Source: Thermovirgaceae bacterium
Lineage (GTDB): Bacteria > Synergistota > Synergistia > Synergistales > Thermovirgaceae
Length of the DNA: 64,000 bases
Direction: 5' to 3'
Assembly (NCBI GenBank): GCA_040767805.1
Contig: JAXGNU010000004.1
Coordinates: 32,001-96,000, forward strand
How positions within the stretch are numbered: the first letter of the stretch is position 1; every line of letters starts with the position of its first letter. The position numbers were made by a program, and so were the translations under genes. Below are positions 30,093 to 39,634 of the stretch, piece after piece. The notes beneath the pieces were generated by a model, which worked only from the letters and a program-made list of their open reading frames with translations, made no database searches and was not told the DNA's origin.

Positions 30093-30929
30093 TCATTCCG
30101 ACGAGGGCACAAAACCGCAAAGGAACCGGCACAGCTGGTCAAATAGAGCCTGTTGCCTGTGGTTGTACCGGAACTCCAATTCCTTCAGGTAAAGGGGGAA
30201 GTATCTCCCGGCAATGCCATGATGCCTCATCAGCCTTTCCTTGGCAAAACTCCAGAAGCCTTCCAGCCCGTTTACGTGGCCCCTGCCGCCGGGACGGTTT
30301 TTCCCGTGACCCACGGCAAGGCGGTTGAAACCGGAGTACAGGATCGAATCGTAGGCTTCAAAACGGTCGGTGCAAAGGACATTGCCGTGACGGCCCTTCT
30401 CGACGGCCGAGCCGAGAAGATCCTCGACTTTGCACCCCGGGATGACATCGACCATTATCCGTCCGCCCCGGAAGGCCAGCCCGAAGACAGGGTCCTCCCA
30501 CGACTCCTCGCCGCCCTGACGCCCGCCCCGGAAAAGAGGCCCCCCCGATCCCATCATGATCGGAAGGAGCGACGGGGCATCCTCCCCGTGGGCTAGAATA
30601 GCCATCCTCAGCACCGTCACCGCCCTGTGGGCGGTGTTATAGGCTATGCCAGCCTGGCGGGCGATGGCGCTCGCCGGTAATTCGAGTTCAAAGAGCTTGA
30701 CCACCCTAAGCCACTGGTCCGGGGCCAGGCGGCTTAGATTAATCCAGCGACCGGAGAAGTCATGGTAAAGGTACCCGCAACGCTTGCATCTCCTCCGGCC
30801 GTCCCCAAGCTTCGTGAAGGACCTTGACCTGCACCGCGGGCAGAAGCGCTGTTGGTTTTTCCAGCAAAAACTCAACAGGTACTTCCGAGCGGTGGATTCA
30901 TTTTTTACAAGATATTCATAGGTTTCCAG
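30093..30929 (-). CDS. IS1595-family transposase-derived protein lacking the first DDE motif (start uncertain: CTG 30929 or TTG 30875)
   Basis: CPRC..CKRC zinc ribbon, HTH, PVFG, TD...Y, HVNGLEGFWSFAK, YLKELEFRYN; no E-x-D-E-x-Y motif. Confidence 0.75.
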   Translation of the reverse strand: METYEYLVKNESTARKYLLSFCWKNQQRFCPRCRSRSFTKLGDGRRRCKRCGYLYHDFSGRWINLSRLAPDQWLRVVKLFELELPASAIARQAGIAYNTAHRAVTVLRMAILAHGEDAPSLLPIMMGSGGPLFRGGRQGGEESWEDPVFGLAFRGGRIMVDVIPGCKVEDLLGSAVEKGRHGNVLCTDRFEAYDSILYSGFNRLAVGHGKNRPGGRGHVNGLEGFWSFAKERLMRHHGIAGRYFPLYLKELEFRYNHRQQALFDQLCRFLCGFVPSSE

Positions 30930-31000
30930 GTCAGCACACCTTCTATTTTCGCTACAGGATTTAAGTGATCCTTTAGTTTAAATTTAGCTTACGAAAAAGG

Positions 31001-31029
31001 ATGATAGAGTACCCGGCAGGGTATGTCAA
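31001..31029 (-). promoter_or_regulatory. Sigma70 promoter with an embedded TACCC-N4-GGGTA palindrome
   Basis: Minus strand TTGACA-17 bp-TATCAT; palindrome at 31010-31023. Confidence 0.7.
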
Positions 31030-31350
31030 GCCCTTTTGAGCATTTCCTTTAAAATCATCTTGGGTGACCGTTAATAAGCTGCAAGGAACCGGCGGTAAAG
31101 ACCATGGAGATTAAAGCGAGAGGGTCTCTTATTCCACAAGGAGGGTGTCTCCAGCCGGCTTTAAGGGCTTTTTGAAGGGGAAAGGGAGGGGCAAAGACCA
31201 CTTGTTGAAAGGCGCTACATTACGGCCGCCAAGGCAGCCTGTCATGTACCAGGGGCAACCGCAGCAGTAGAATTCACTCTCATCTTATGTTATGGATCCG
31301 CAGTATGGAAGAACAGGCCGGGTCAGCCCTTCGATCCTCCGGCCCCGGTT

Positions 31351-31893
31351 TTACGCCGTCGCCCGCTCCTCCAGGGCCTTGCCGAAGGACCGGTAGGTCT
31401 CCTCGCCGAAGAGGAAGAAGACGATCTCCCGCAGGGAGGTGTCGGTCTCCTCCTGGAGATAGAGGAATACTTCGTCGATCATGGCATGGGCGCACTTGTC
31501 CACGGGGAACCCCCCCACCCCGGTACCGAGGGCGGGGAAGGCCACGCTACGGATCTTGAGTTCGTCGCACTTATAGAGGCTGTTCTGGGTGGCGGCCCTG
31601 ATGAGGGCCTCGCTGGTGACGAGGTCGGGCCCCATGGCCGCGGCGTGGACCACGTACCGGGTCTTGAGGGCCCCGGCGGCGGTGACGACCGCTTCACCCG
31701 GCTCAATGGGCCCTTTGCCCAGAGCCTCCCTCTCGATGGACTCGCCGCCGAGCCTCTTGATGGCCCCCGCGACGCCGGAACCCATCCAGAGGGCCGAGTT
31801 GGCGGCGTTGACTATGGCTTCCCCTTCGTAGCAGGTGATATCGCCCTTGCGGAGCCGGATCACTGTCCCCCCGACGGTTCGCTCGGACACCAT
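31351..31893 (-). CDS. Macro domain (ADP-ribose-binding) protein
   Basis: GDIT, AIVNAAN, GSGVAGAI, VVHAA, FPALGTGVGG. Confidence 0.92.
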   Translation of the reverse strand: MVSERTVGGTVIRLRKGDITCYEGEAIVNAANSALWMGSGVAGAIKRLGGESIEREALGKGPIEPGEAVVTAAGALKTRYVVHAAAMGPDLVTSEALIRAATQNSLYKCDELKIRSVAFPALGTGVGGFPVDKCAHAMIDEVFLYLQEETDTSLREIVFFLFGEETYRSFGKALEERATA

Positions 31894-32023
31894 GTTCTCT
31901 CCTCCCAGCCCGTTTTATCCCGATGGGTCAGCGGGTCGGTCATGGAACTCTCCAATACTTCAATTATAGAGCAACGGCGGCGCGCCCGTAAGCCAGGCCC
32001 GCGCCGTGCCGCGGGGCGGCGGT

Positions 32024-33463
32024 TCAATAGGCCCTGGCGAACACCGCCAGCCTCGCCCCCGGTCTGCCCGTGAAGAAACAGTCGCCCCGTTCCTCCCTTT
32101 CCATGGGGAAACAGCGAACAGTAGCTCCCGTCTCTTCCTTGATAGCCTTCTCCTCTTCCCGGCCGCCGGCAAAGAAAGCCTCGACGAAACCGCCGCGGCC
32201 GCGGAAAGCTTCTTTGAACTCCCCGAAGCCGCCGACCCTGACGGTGTTCTTCTCCCGGAAAGCCAGGGCCTTGGCGAAAAGGTCCTGCTGGATCTCCTCG
32301 AGCAGTGCGGGCACCCTTTCCTCCACCCGATCCCAGGGAATGTCCAGGCGCTCGCCGGTATCCCTCCGGACCGCCTGGAAGAGACCTTTCCCATGCTCCT
32401 TCTCGCCCAGTTCCAGCCGCAGGGGGATGCCCTTCTGGAGGTTCGCGAAGAAGCGGTCGCCGGGCCTCAGGTGGAAGTCGGTGTCGATCCTGACGGAGCG
32501 TTTGCCCAGGAGGACGTTCAGCCTTTCCGCCGCCTCCCGGGACCGGGGGAGGAGTTTTTCGTCCACGTAGGACTGGTCGGAGCTTATGGGGACGATCACC
32601 GCCTTGACGGGCGCTACCCTGGGGGGCAGCACCAGCCCGTCGTCGTCGGAATGGGTCATTACTATGGCCCCGATGAGCCTCGTCGAGGACCCCCAGCTGG
32701 TGGTCCAGGCGAAGTCCAGTTCACCCTCCCTGTTCTGGAAGGTGATGTCGAAGGCCCTGGCGAAGTTCTGCCCCAGGAAGTGGCTCGTGCCGGCCTGGAG
32801 GGCTTTCCCGTCGCTCATCATGGCTTCACAGGAATAGGTGTTGTCCGCGCCGGGGAACCGTTCGCCTTCGGACTTTTCACCGGCCAGGATGGGGAGGCCC
32901 AGGACGTTTTCCATGATGTCCCGGTAGACACCCAGCATCTTCAGGGTCTCCTCCATTGCCTCCTCGCTGGTGGCGTGGGCGGTGTGACCCTCCTGCCAGA
33001 GGAACTCGGAGGTCCTGAGGAAGAGCCTGGACCTTTTCTCCCACCTCATCACGTTGCACCACTGGTTGATGAGGATGGGCAGGTCCCTCCAGGACTGGAC
33101 CCACTTGCTGTACATGTGGCCGATGACCGTTTCAGAGGTGGGGCGGACTATCAGCGGTTCTTCCAGTTCCTCCCCGCCGGCGTGGGTCACCACGGCGCAT
33201 TCCGGCGCAAAGCCCTCGACGTGCTCGGCCTCCTTTTCAAGGAAGGATTTAGGGATGAGGAGCGGGAAATAGGCGTTGACGTGGCCCGTCTCCTTGAAGG
33301 CTTCGTCGAAGTGCCCCTGGATCGACTCCCACAGGGCATAACCGTTGGGCCTGATGACCATGCAGCCCCTCACGGGAGCGTAGTCGGCCAGTTCCGCCGT
33401 CTTGATCACGTCCAGGTACCACTGGGAATAGTCCTTTTTCCTGGGAACGATGTTGCGCGCCAT
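32024..33463 (-). CDS. proS: Proline--tRNA ligase (archaeal/eukaryotic type)
   Basis: KEAEHVEGFAPE, RPTSET, FLRTSEFLWQEGHT, QAGTSHFLGQNF, C-terminal RAY. Confidence 0.96.
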   Translation of the reverse strand: MARNIVPRKKDYSQWYLDVIKTAELADYAPVRGCMVIRPNGYALWESIQGHFDEAFKETGHVNAYFPLLIPKSFLEKEAEHVEGFAPECAVVTHAGGEELEEPLIVRPTSETVIGHMYSKWVQSWRDLPILINQWCNVMRWEKRSRLFLRTSEFLWQEGHTAHATSEEAMEETLKMLGVYRDIMENVLGLPILAGEKSEGERFPGADNTYSCEAMMSDGKALQAGTSHFLGQNFARAFDITFQNREGELDFAWTTSWGSSTRLIGAIVMTHSDDDGLVLPPRVAPVKAVIVPISSDQSYVDEKLLPRSREAAERLNVLLGKRSVRIDTDFHLRPGDRFFANLQKGIPLRLELGEKEHGKGLFQAVRRDTGERLDIPWDRVEERVPALLEEIQQDLFAKALAFREKNTVRVGGFGEFKEAFRGRGGFVEAFFAGGREEEKAIKEETGATVRCFPMEREERGDCFFTGRPGARLAVFARAY

Positions 33464-33769
33464 ACGTCCTTCCTCCTCATCCCGTCGCGCCTTGCCGGCG
33501 CCCCTCCAGGTATACCGCACATTTTAGGCACAAAAGGGAGACGGGGCAAGGCAACGCTCCCACTCGTCCCCATGGGCTCGACGGGAGCCGAGGGAAAGGA
33601 CAAAAGCTCCGGGAGGATATATAATCACCCTTGTAAAGGAGTGCAATTCAACCCATCCCTCCTGTCTTCCTGCCCCCCGTCGGAGGTGATGAGAAGGCGA
33701 CGGAACCTGGTGAGGAGAGCGGAAGAAAAAGCCGGAAACCCGTGAGCAGTTGAAAGGAGTGGGATTGAA

Positions 33770-34990
33770 TTGGCTGAAAAGAAGAAGATCCCCCTTGTCT
33801 GGAAGATCGCGATCGGTTTCGTGGCCGGCATCATCGCCGGCGTGGTTTTTGGCGAAAAGGTCTCCGTCATCGCCCCGGTCGGCTCCATCTTCATAGCGCT
33901 ATTGCAGATGCTCGTCGTCCCCCTGGTCTTTTCGAGCCTCGTAGTGGGCACGGCTTCGATAGGCGACCCCCTCTCCCTGGGGAGGGTGGGGATCAAGACC
34001 CTGGCCCTCTATCTCATCACCACCGCTATCGCCATCGCCATCGGTCTAGTCCTGGGCAATATCATCAACCCGGGCGCGGGAATGGGCCTGGGGGCCGACC
34101 TCTCGGCCTTCCAGATCCCGACCCCCCCGAAGATCGGCCAGGTCATCATAGATCTTTTCCCGAAGAACCCCGTGGCCTCTATGGCGCAGGCCAACATGCT
34201 CCAGATAATCGTCTTCGCCCTCTTCCTGGGAATGGCGGCGATCTTCGCCGGTGAGAAGGGCAAGCCCCTCATCAGCGTGATGGACTCCCTCGCCGAGACC
34301 ATGTACAAGTTGACGGGCATGGTCATGGAGGTGGCGCCCTACGGCGTGTTCGCCCTGATCGCCACGACGGTGGCGAAGTACGGGATATCGGTGATGGCGC
34401 CCTTCGGAAAGGTCATCTTCGCCGTCTACCTGGGCTGCTTCCTCCACGCGGCCATCGTCTACTCGGGCCTCCTCTCCATCTGGGCCCGCTTCTCGCCCCT
34501 GCGCTTCTTCAAAGGCGTGCAGGAAGCGTCGATCATGGCCTTCGTGACCCGCTCCAGCGGGGCGACGCTACCCGTCAACATGAGGGTGACCCAGGAGAAC
34601 CTGGGGGTCTCCGAGAAGATCGCCTCCTTCGTGCTCCCCCTGGGGGCCACCATAAACATGGACGGCACCGCCCTGTACCAGGGCGTCTGCGCCCTCTTCG
34701 TGGCCCAGGCCTTTGGGATCGAACTGTCCATAGGGGCCCAGCTGGGGATCCTGCTGGCGGCCACCCTGGCCTCCATCGGGACCGCCGGCGTGCCGGGGGC
34801 GGGGCTGATCATGCTGACCCTGGTCCTCACCCAGGCCGGGCTGCCGGTGGAGGGCGTGGGCCTGCTGGCGGGAATCGACGCCGTGCTGGACATGGCCCGG
34901 ACGTCGATCAACATCACCGGCGACGCCGCGGTCGCGGTCGTGGTGGCGAAAACGGAGGGTGAACTCAGGGATGTCACGAAGGCCGCGTAA
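33770..34990 (+). CDS. Dicarboxylate/amino acid:cation symporter (DAACS)
   Basis: TRSSGATLP, LGATINMDGTA, SIGTAGVPG, LDMARTSIN. Confidence 0.95.
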   Translation: MAEKKKIPLVWKIAIGFVAGIIAGVVFGEKVSVIAPVGSIFIALLQMLVVPLVFSSLVVGTASIGDPLSLGRVGIKTLALYLITTAIAIAIGLVLGNIINPGAGMGLGADLSAFQIPTPPKIGQVIIDLFPKNPVASMAQANMLQIIVFALFLGMAAIFAGEKGKPLISVMDSLAETMYKLTGMVMEVAPYGVFALIATTVAKYGISVMAPFGKVIFAVYLGCFLHAAIVYSGLLSIWARFSPLRFFKGVQEASIMAFVTRSSGATLPVNMRVTQENLGVSEKIASFVLPLGATINMDGTALYQGVCALFVAQAFGIELSIGAQLGILLAATLASIGTAGVPGAGLIMLTLVLTQAGLPVEGVGLLAGIDAVLDMARTSINITGDAAVAVVVAKTEGELRDVTKAA

Positions 34991-35675
34991 GGTCCTGGGC
35001 GTCCTCGGGGGCATGGGCCCGGCGGCGACGGCGGAGTTCCTGCGCCTGCTCGCCGTACTGGCCGGGGGGGAGAGGGACCAGGACCACCCGAAGGTCCTCC
35101 TCTTTTCGAACCCCCAGGTGCCGGACAGGACCGCGGCCATTTTGCGGGGCGGGGAAGACCCCGCCCCGCTTATCCTCGACGGCCTCAGGAGGATCGAATC
35201 CTGGGGCGCCGACCTGCTTGCGGTACCCTGCAACACGGCCCACGTGTTCATCGACCGGTTCCGTGAAAAACTGAAGGTCCCCCTGGTGCACATCGTCGAG
35301 GAGACCCTGGAGCGGGCCCGCCGGAGGAACCCCGAAGGGGCCTGGCTCGCCGCGACGATGGGGACCGTCGCTTCGGGGATCTACAGCCGCGAGGCCCTGA
35401 AGCACGGCTACGACCTGCTCCTCCCCGGCCCCGACGTCCAGGGGGATCTGCAGGAGGTAGTGACCCTGGTCAAGGCCAACCGGTTGGACCGCTCGGGGGC
35501 GGCCATGGCGGAAGCCGTCGGCCGCCTCAAGGGACAAAGGGACCTCCCCGTGATCGGGGCCTGCACCGAGCTGCCCCTCGCTTACCAGGCCTCGGGGCTC
35601 GAACCCGGCGGGATGGTCTCCAGTCTCGAATCCCTCGCCGAGGCCTGCCTGGAAAGGATCTACTCCCCGTCCTGA
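34971..35675 (+). CDS. Aspartate/glutamate racemase family
   Basis: GGMGPAAT, PDRT, PCNTAH, ACTELP. Confidence 0.92.
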   Translation: MSRRPRKVLGVLGGMGPAATAEFLRLLAVLAGGERDQDHPKVLLFSNPQVPDRTAAILRGGEDPAPLILDGLRRIESWGADLLAVPCNTAHVFIDRFREKLKVPLVHIVEETLERARRRNPEGAWLAATMGTVASGIYSREALKHGYDLLLPGPDVQGDLQEVVTLVKANRLDRSGAAMAEAVGRLKGQRDLPVIGACTELPLAYQASGLEPGGMVSSLESLAEACLERIYSPS

Positions 35676-35907
35676 GCGGGAGGTCCTTCGGGGCAGGCCG
35701 CTTCTTCCCGCCCCTGGAGAGGCGGGCCACCCTTCCAGTTTCCCCCTTGGCCGAGAGAGCCGCTGGGATAATGATCTCCTAAAGGTTGATCCTGTGGCTG
35801 TGCTTTTCAACGGCCGCCTTCTCCCCCGAGAATTGGAAAACCTGGGATTTTGGCCGCGCAGGGCCCTGGCCCGGGTGGATGCTCCTGTGGCCGTTGGTGG
35901 AATAGGT

Positions 35908-36378
35908 TCAGCTCTTTTCCCGGCCCCGGGCGGGGCCGTCTCGGCCGAGGCGGCGGAGGACCAGGCTCCAGGCGGCGAGGTCGTCGACGCTCCTGGGGGG
36001 GACGAGAAGGCCCCTGGGGATGAGCCGCCGCAGCCCCCTGGGGGGGTGGATCTGCCAGTAGAGCGCCCTTCCCCTTTCCGAGGAGTACTCTTCGGGGACC
36101 TGTTCAACCCGGAGCCCCGCGGAGGCCAGCCTCTTGATGCAGGGGGCGCTTCCCGTGCCGGAACCTACGATGACGAAACCCGGGAAGACGTTGCTGTCTT
36201 CGGCGTCGAACCTTTCTATGGCCCTTTCTACCAGGAAGGGGAAGTCCCCCTCCAGGACGGCCGCGGCCCAGGCCTCGAGGTCACCCAGAACGGAGACGCC
36301 CGATAGGAGGAGGTCGCCCGAATCGGTGGTGACGGCCCAGCCGAACTTGTCGGTCCCGGGATCGACGGCGATGAGCAT
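35908..36378 (-). CDS. YqgF/RNase H-fold resolvase-like protein
   Basis: IAVDPGTDKFG, GSGTGS, EEYSS, PPRSVDDLAA. Confidence 0.8.
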   Translation of the reverse strand: MLIAVDPGTDKFGWAVTTDSGDLLLSGVSVLGDLEAWAAAVLEGDFPFLVERAIERFDAEDSNVFPGFVIVGSGTGSAPCIKRLASAGLRVEQVPEEYSSERGRALYWQIHPPRGLRRLIPRGLLVPPRSVDDLAAWSLVLRRLGRDGPARGREKS

Positions 36379-36379
36379 C

Positions 36380-37264
36380 TCAAGGGCCCTCCGTCGTCGA
36401 AGCCCACCGCGGGTAGAGCCACATCCACTGCCCCGGGTGGCGGGCTATCCATTCGCCCAGGGTGTCGTTGCACAGTTCCAGGGAGGCCTCCACCTTCTCG
36501 CCGAAGGGGGCCCCCCCTGCCTCGCCCAGGGCGGGCTCGATATAAAGGTCGTGGCGCACGCCATCGGACCGGCGCACGATGAAAATGGGAACCACGGCGG
36601 ACCCTATCCTGTCGGCCATCTTGACCGGGCCGAAGGGCGTGCTCGCCGGCACGCCCATGAAGGGGACCACGATGCCATCGTCACCGAAATCCTGGTCGAG
36701 GAGCACGCCCAGGACCTCGCCTTTTTTCAGGCAGCGGACGGCGCTCTTGAGGTCGAACCCCCGGCTCATGGTCTTCACCCCGCAGGACGAACGCAGGGAT
36801 ACGACCAGGTCCGTTACGCGGGGGTCCCTCTGCTCGGCGCCGATGGCGTTCATGGGGTAACCCATCATGGCCAGGGCTGCGGCGGCGAACTCCCAATTCC
36901 CCAAGTGGGCCGTCAGGGCTACGACCCCCTTGCCTTTCGCCAGGGCTTCCCTGAGGTTCTCCTCGCCGTGGACCTCGACATAGTCCAGGAGTCCCGGGCA
37001 GAGGGAGGGCAGCCGGAGCACCTCGGCCAGTCCCCGCCCTAGGTTCCGGTAGGACTCTTTCACGATGGCCCTGGCCGTAGTCACGCCCACCTGGAGGACC
37101 CTGACGCACCTGGCCTCGGCGCGATCGACCCTGGCCCGGCTGAAGAACCACACCAGCACACCCGCCCACCCCCCGAGACTAACCGCGGGGGCGTGGGGCA
37201 CCCTGTTCACGATCCACCGGAAGCCCTCGAGCAGGCGCCAGGTGGCATCCTGGGACAGTTTCAA
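36380..37264 (-). CDS. Lipid A biosynthesis acyltransferase (HtrB/LpxL family)
   Basis: HLGNWE, LLDQD, PGQWMWLYPRW. Confidence 0.9.
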   Translation of the reverse strand: MKLSQDATWRLLEGFRWIVNRVPHAPAVSLGGWAGVLVWFFSRARVDRAEARCVRVLQVGVTTARAIVKESYRNLGRGLAEVLRLPSLCPGLLDYVEVHGEENLREALAKGKGVVALTAHLGNWEFAAAALAMMGYPMNAIGAEQRDPRVTDLVVSLRSSCGVKTMSRGFDLKSAVRCLKKGEVLGVLLDQDFGDDGIVVPFMGVPASTPFGPVKMADRIGSAVVPIFIVRRSDGVRHDLYIEPALGEAGGAPFGEKVEASLELCNDTLGEWIARHPGQWMWLYPRWASTTEGP

Positions 37265-37369
37265 AGGCGGACCTCCTCACAAGAGGATGAACGATCGGCA
37301 TCCTTGACGGTATACCTTCATCTGTTAAACTCGTTTTAGTCTAGCACAAAATTAAAGGGGGCATCGGCC

Positions 37370-38167
37370 ATGTTCAGAAAGATCCTCTTCCCGATCGATC
37401 TTTCGGACCTCTCACGAAAGGGGCTGGCCTGGACGACCCGGAACGTGGCCGACCCGTCCTCGGAACTGGTCCTGGTCCACGTCCTAGAACCCATAGGCGG
37501 CATGGACACGGGCCCGATGGTCCACAAGGCGGAAAGGTCCATGGGCCTCATCGGGGCGGAACTCACTTCCATCGGCATCAAGAACAGGTCCTTCGTCGTT
37601 GTCGGCGACCCCTACGAGATACTGCCGGAGATAGCCCACTCCGAGGGGTGCTCCCTGTGCGCGCTTTTCGCCGACCGGGAGGACGTGGTGGTGCCTTCCC
37701 TGCGGCTCATGGCCCTGCCCCACCTCGTCTTCAAGGCCTCGAGCGGCGTCATGCCCCCGCCCGACCCTTTCCGCAGGATAACGGTGGCGGCGGACCTCTC
37801 CCCCACCAGGACCGACGTAGTCTTCAGGGAACTGAAGAAGCTCCTGGCCGGCAGGGTCGTCCCGATGACCATCCTGCACTCCCTGTTCATGGAGGACACC
37901 CTCACATCGACGGAGATGTTCCAGGCCGCCTCCGCGGCGCTGGAGGAGGTGCGGGCGTCAGTGGAAAAGTGGAACCCCGGCACGGGGGCCGAGGTCCTGG
38001 GCGGTCACCCCGAGGTGGAGATTCTCCGCAGGGTCGAGAAGATCAACCCCGGCATGCTCGTGGTGGGGCTCTCGGTCCACGGTCACTTCTGGGAACTCAT
38101 CGTAGGGAGCACCGGCGAAGCCATCATAGAGAAGTCGCCCTGCCCCGTACTGGTGATCCCCTCCTGA
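37370..38167 (+). CDS. Universal stress protein (tandem USP domains)
   Basis: KILFPIDLS, LVHV, GDP, VGST...PCPVLVI. Confidence 0.88.
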   Translation: MFRKILFPIDLSDLSRKGLAWTTRNVADPSSELVLVHVLEPIGGMDTGPMVHKAERSMGLIGAELTSIGIKNRSFVVVGDPYEILPEIAHSEGCSLCALFADREDVVVPSLRLMALPHLVFKASSGVMPPPDPFRRITVAADLSPTRTDVVFRELKKLLAGRVVPMTILHSLFMEDTLTSTEMFQAASAALEEVRASVEKWNPGTGAEVLGGHPEVEILRRVEKINPGMLVVGLSVHGHFWELIVGSTGEAIIEKSPCPVLVIPS

Positions 38168-38177
38168 AGCCCTCCCT

Positions 38178-39470
38178 TTAGGGGCGGTCCCTGGAGGCGG
38201 CCTCCATCTCCTGCAGTATGCGGAGGATCGCCGAATCGGCGGCCGTGAGCCCTTCCCTGCTGAAATCGCCCACGTTCTTCGCCGTCACGGCGAAGTCGGA
38301 GGATATCATCCCCTGGTCCCCCGGGTCTGCGAGGCCCTGAAGGACGAGAAGCGCGGTGGTGCACGCCTCGGCCGCGGCGGTGCCCACCTTGAGGGCGCAG
38401 GAGCCCTTGGCGCCGTCGCACACCATCCCCTGGAGTGAGGACAAGAGCAGAGCGACCGATATCTCGGCCTGCCGCGGGGTGCCCCCGCCGAGCCGGACCA
38501 GCGCGGCCGCCGCCCCAGCCCCGGCGGCGATGGCGCAGCCGCATACTGGGGTCAAGCGCCCGGTGTGGGCCTTGATGAAGCCCGTCACGAGGTGGCTCAA
38601 GGCGAGGGCCTCCGCCAGTTCTCTCTCGGACTTCCCCCAGGCGCGGGCCGCCACCGAGGGGGGGACAATGGCGGTGATGCCGTGGTTGCCACTCCCGGCG
38701 CTGCTCATGACAGGCCAGGGGCCGCCGGCCATCCTTACGTCGGCCGCCGCAGCGGACCAGGCTTTCACGGTGTGGATAAGGTTGTCCATCCCCTCCAGGG
38801 CCAAAAGGTTGAAACCTATACCCAGGCCCCAGGGCCTGGAGAGACCCTGTTCGGCCACACCCATGTTCATCCCGGAACCTTCGAGAAGGAACCGGACATC
38901 CTCCTCTTCGAGGCGTCCGGCGAGTTCCCAGAGGCCCTCCATGTCCTCACCGAGCAGTTCCTCGATGTAGGGGAGCCGCCCGCCGCCGTCGGAATCGGCC
39001 TCGAGGAGCCTTTTCACGACTCGCCCGTTCTTCCTCACCTGGACAACCCTGTCGTGCCTCCCCGAAATGATCACCGTGACGGTACCGGTTTCATCGACCA
39101 GTTCGACCTCCACGTAGACGGAGGGGACGTCGGTGACCACCGTCTGGGTCACCACCCCGGAATCGACCAGTTCCTTCGCGGCTTCCACGTCCTCGGCGGT
39201 TACCCCGTCGAGGGCCATCAGGCCCTTCTCCGGGTCGCCCTTCAGGGCGCCGAGGGCCGCGGCTAGCAAGTTCCCAGTGCCGCCCCCCGTGCCGGGTATG
39301 CCGGCATGGAGGCCGTTCTTGAAGATATTGGGGGAAAGCCGGAGCGTGATGGACCTTACCGGGCCCCCGCCATGCTTGGCCGCCCAGGAAGCGGCCAGCG
39401 CTACGGCGCCCGGCTCGGTACATCCCAGGGCCGGTTTCACCTCGTTTGACAGGAACGTCCTTATATCCAA
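38178..39470 (-). CDS. Serine dehydratase alpha-like / L-cysteine desulfidase (UPF0597) protein
   Basis: PALGCTEP, SAGSGNHG, CGC, CDGAKGSCALK. Confidence 0.88.
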   Translation of the reverse strand: MDIRTFLSNEVKPALGCTEPGAVALAASWAAKHGGGPVRSITLRLSPNIFKNGLHAGIPGTGGGTGNLLAAALGALKGDPEKGLMALDGVTAEDVEAAKELVDSGVVTQTVVTDVPSVYVEVELVDETGTVTVIISGRHDRVVQVRKNGRVVKRLLEADSDGGGRLPYIEELLGEDMEGLWELAGRLEEEDVRFLLEGSGMNMGVAEQGLSRPWGLGIGFNLLALEGMDNLIHTVKAWSAAAADVRMAGGPWPVMSSAGSGNHGITAIVPPSVAARAWGKSERELAEALALSHLVTGFIKAHTGRLTPVCGCAIAAGAGAAAALVRLGGGTPRQAEISVALLLSSLQGMVCDGAKGSCALKVGTAAAEACTTALLVLQGLADPGDQGMISSDFAVTAKNVGDFSREGLTAADSAILRILQEMEAASRDRP

Positions 39471-39634
39471 TGGAGAGACCTCCCCTTAGGAATTTTCGTT
39501 GACGTCACAGTTTTACATCAAAGACCCCCGGGCAACAAGGCCGGCGGGAAACACCGACGGGGAGGACGAAGCGCGGGGCCCCGAAGGGCCCCGCGCGGGC
39601 GGAAACTTTTGAAAGAACCGGTGAGAAGCCTCTC

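Noticed and set aside
33470..33769. T-box or glycine riboswitch between proS and the DAACS transporter
   Set aside because: GC-rich hairpins are present but I found no T-box (TGGNACCGCG) or complete aptamer consensus
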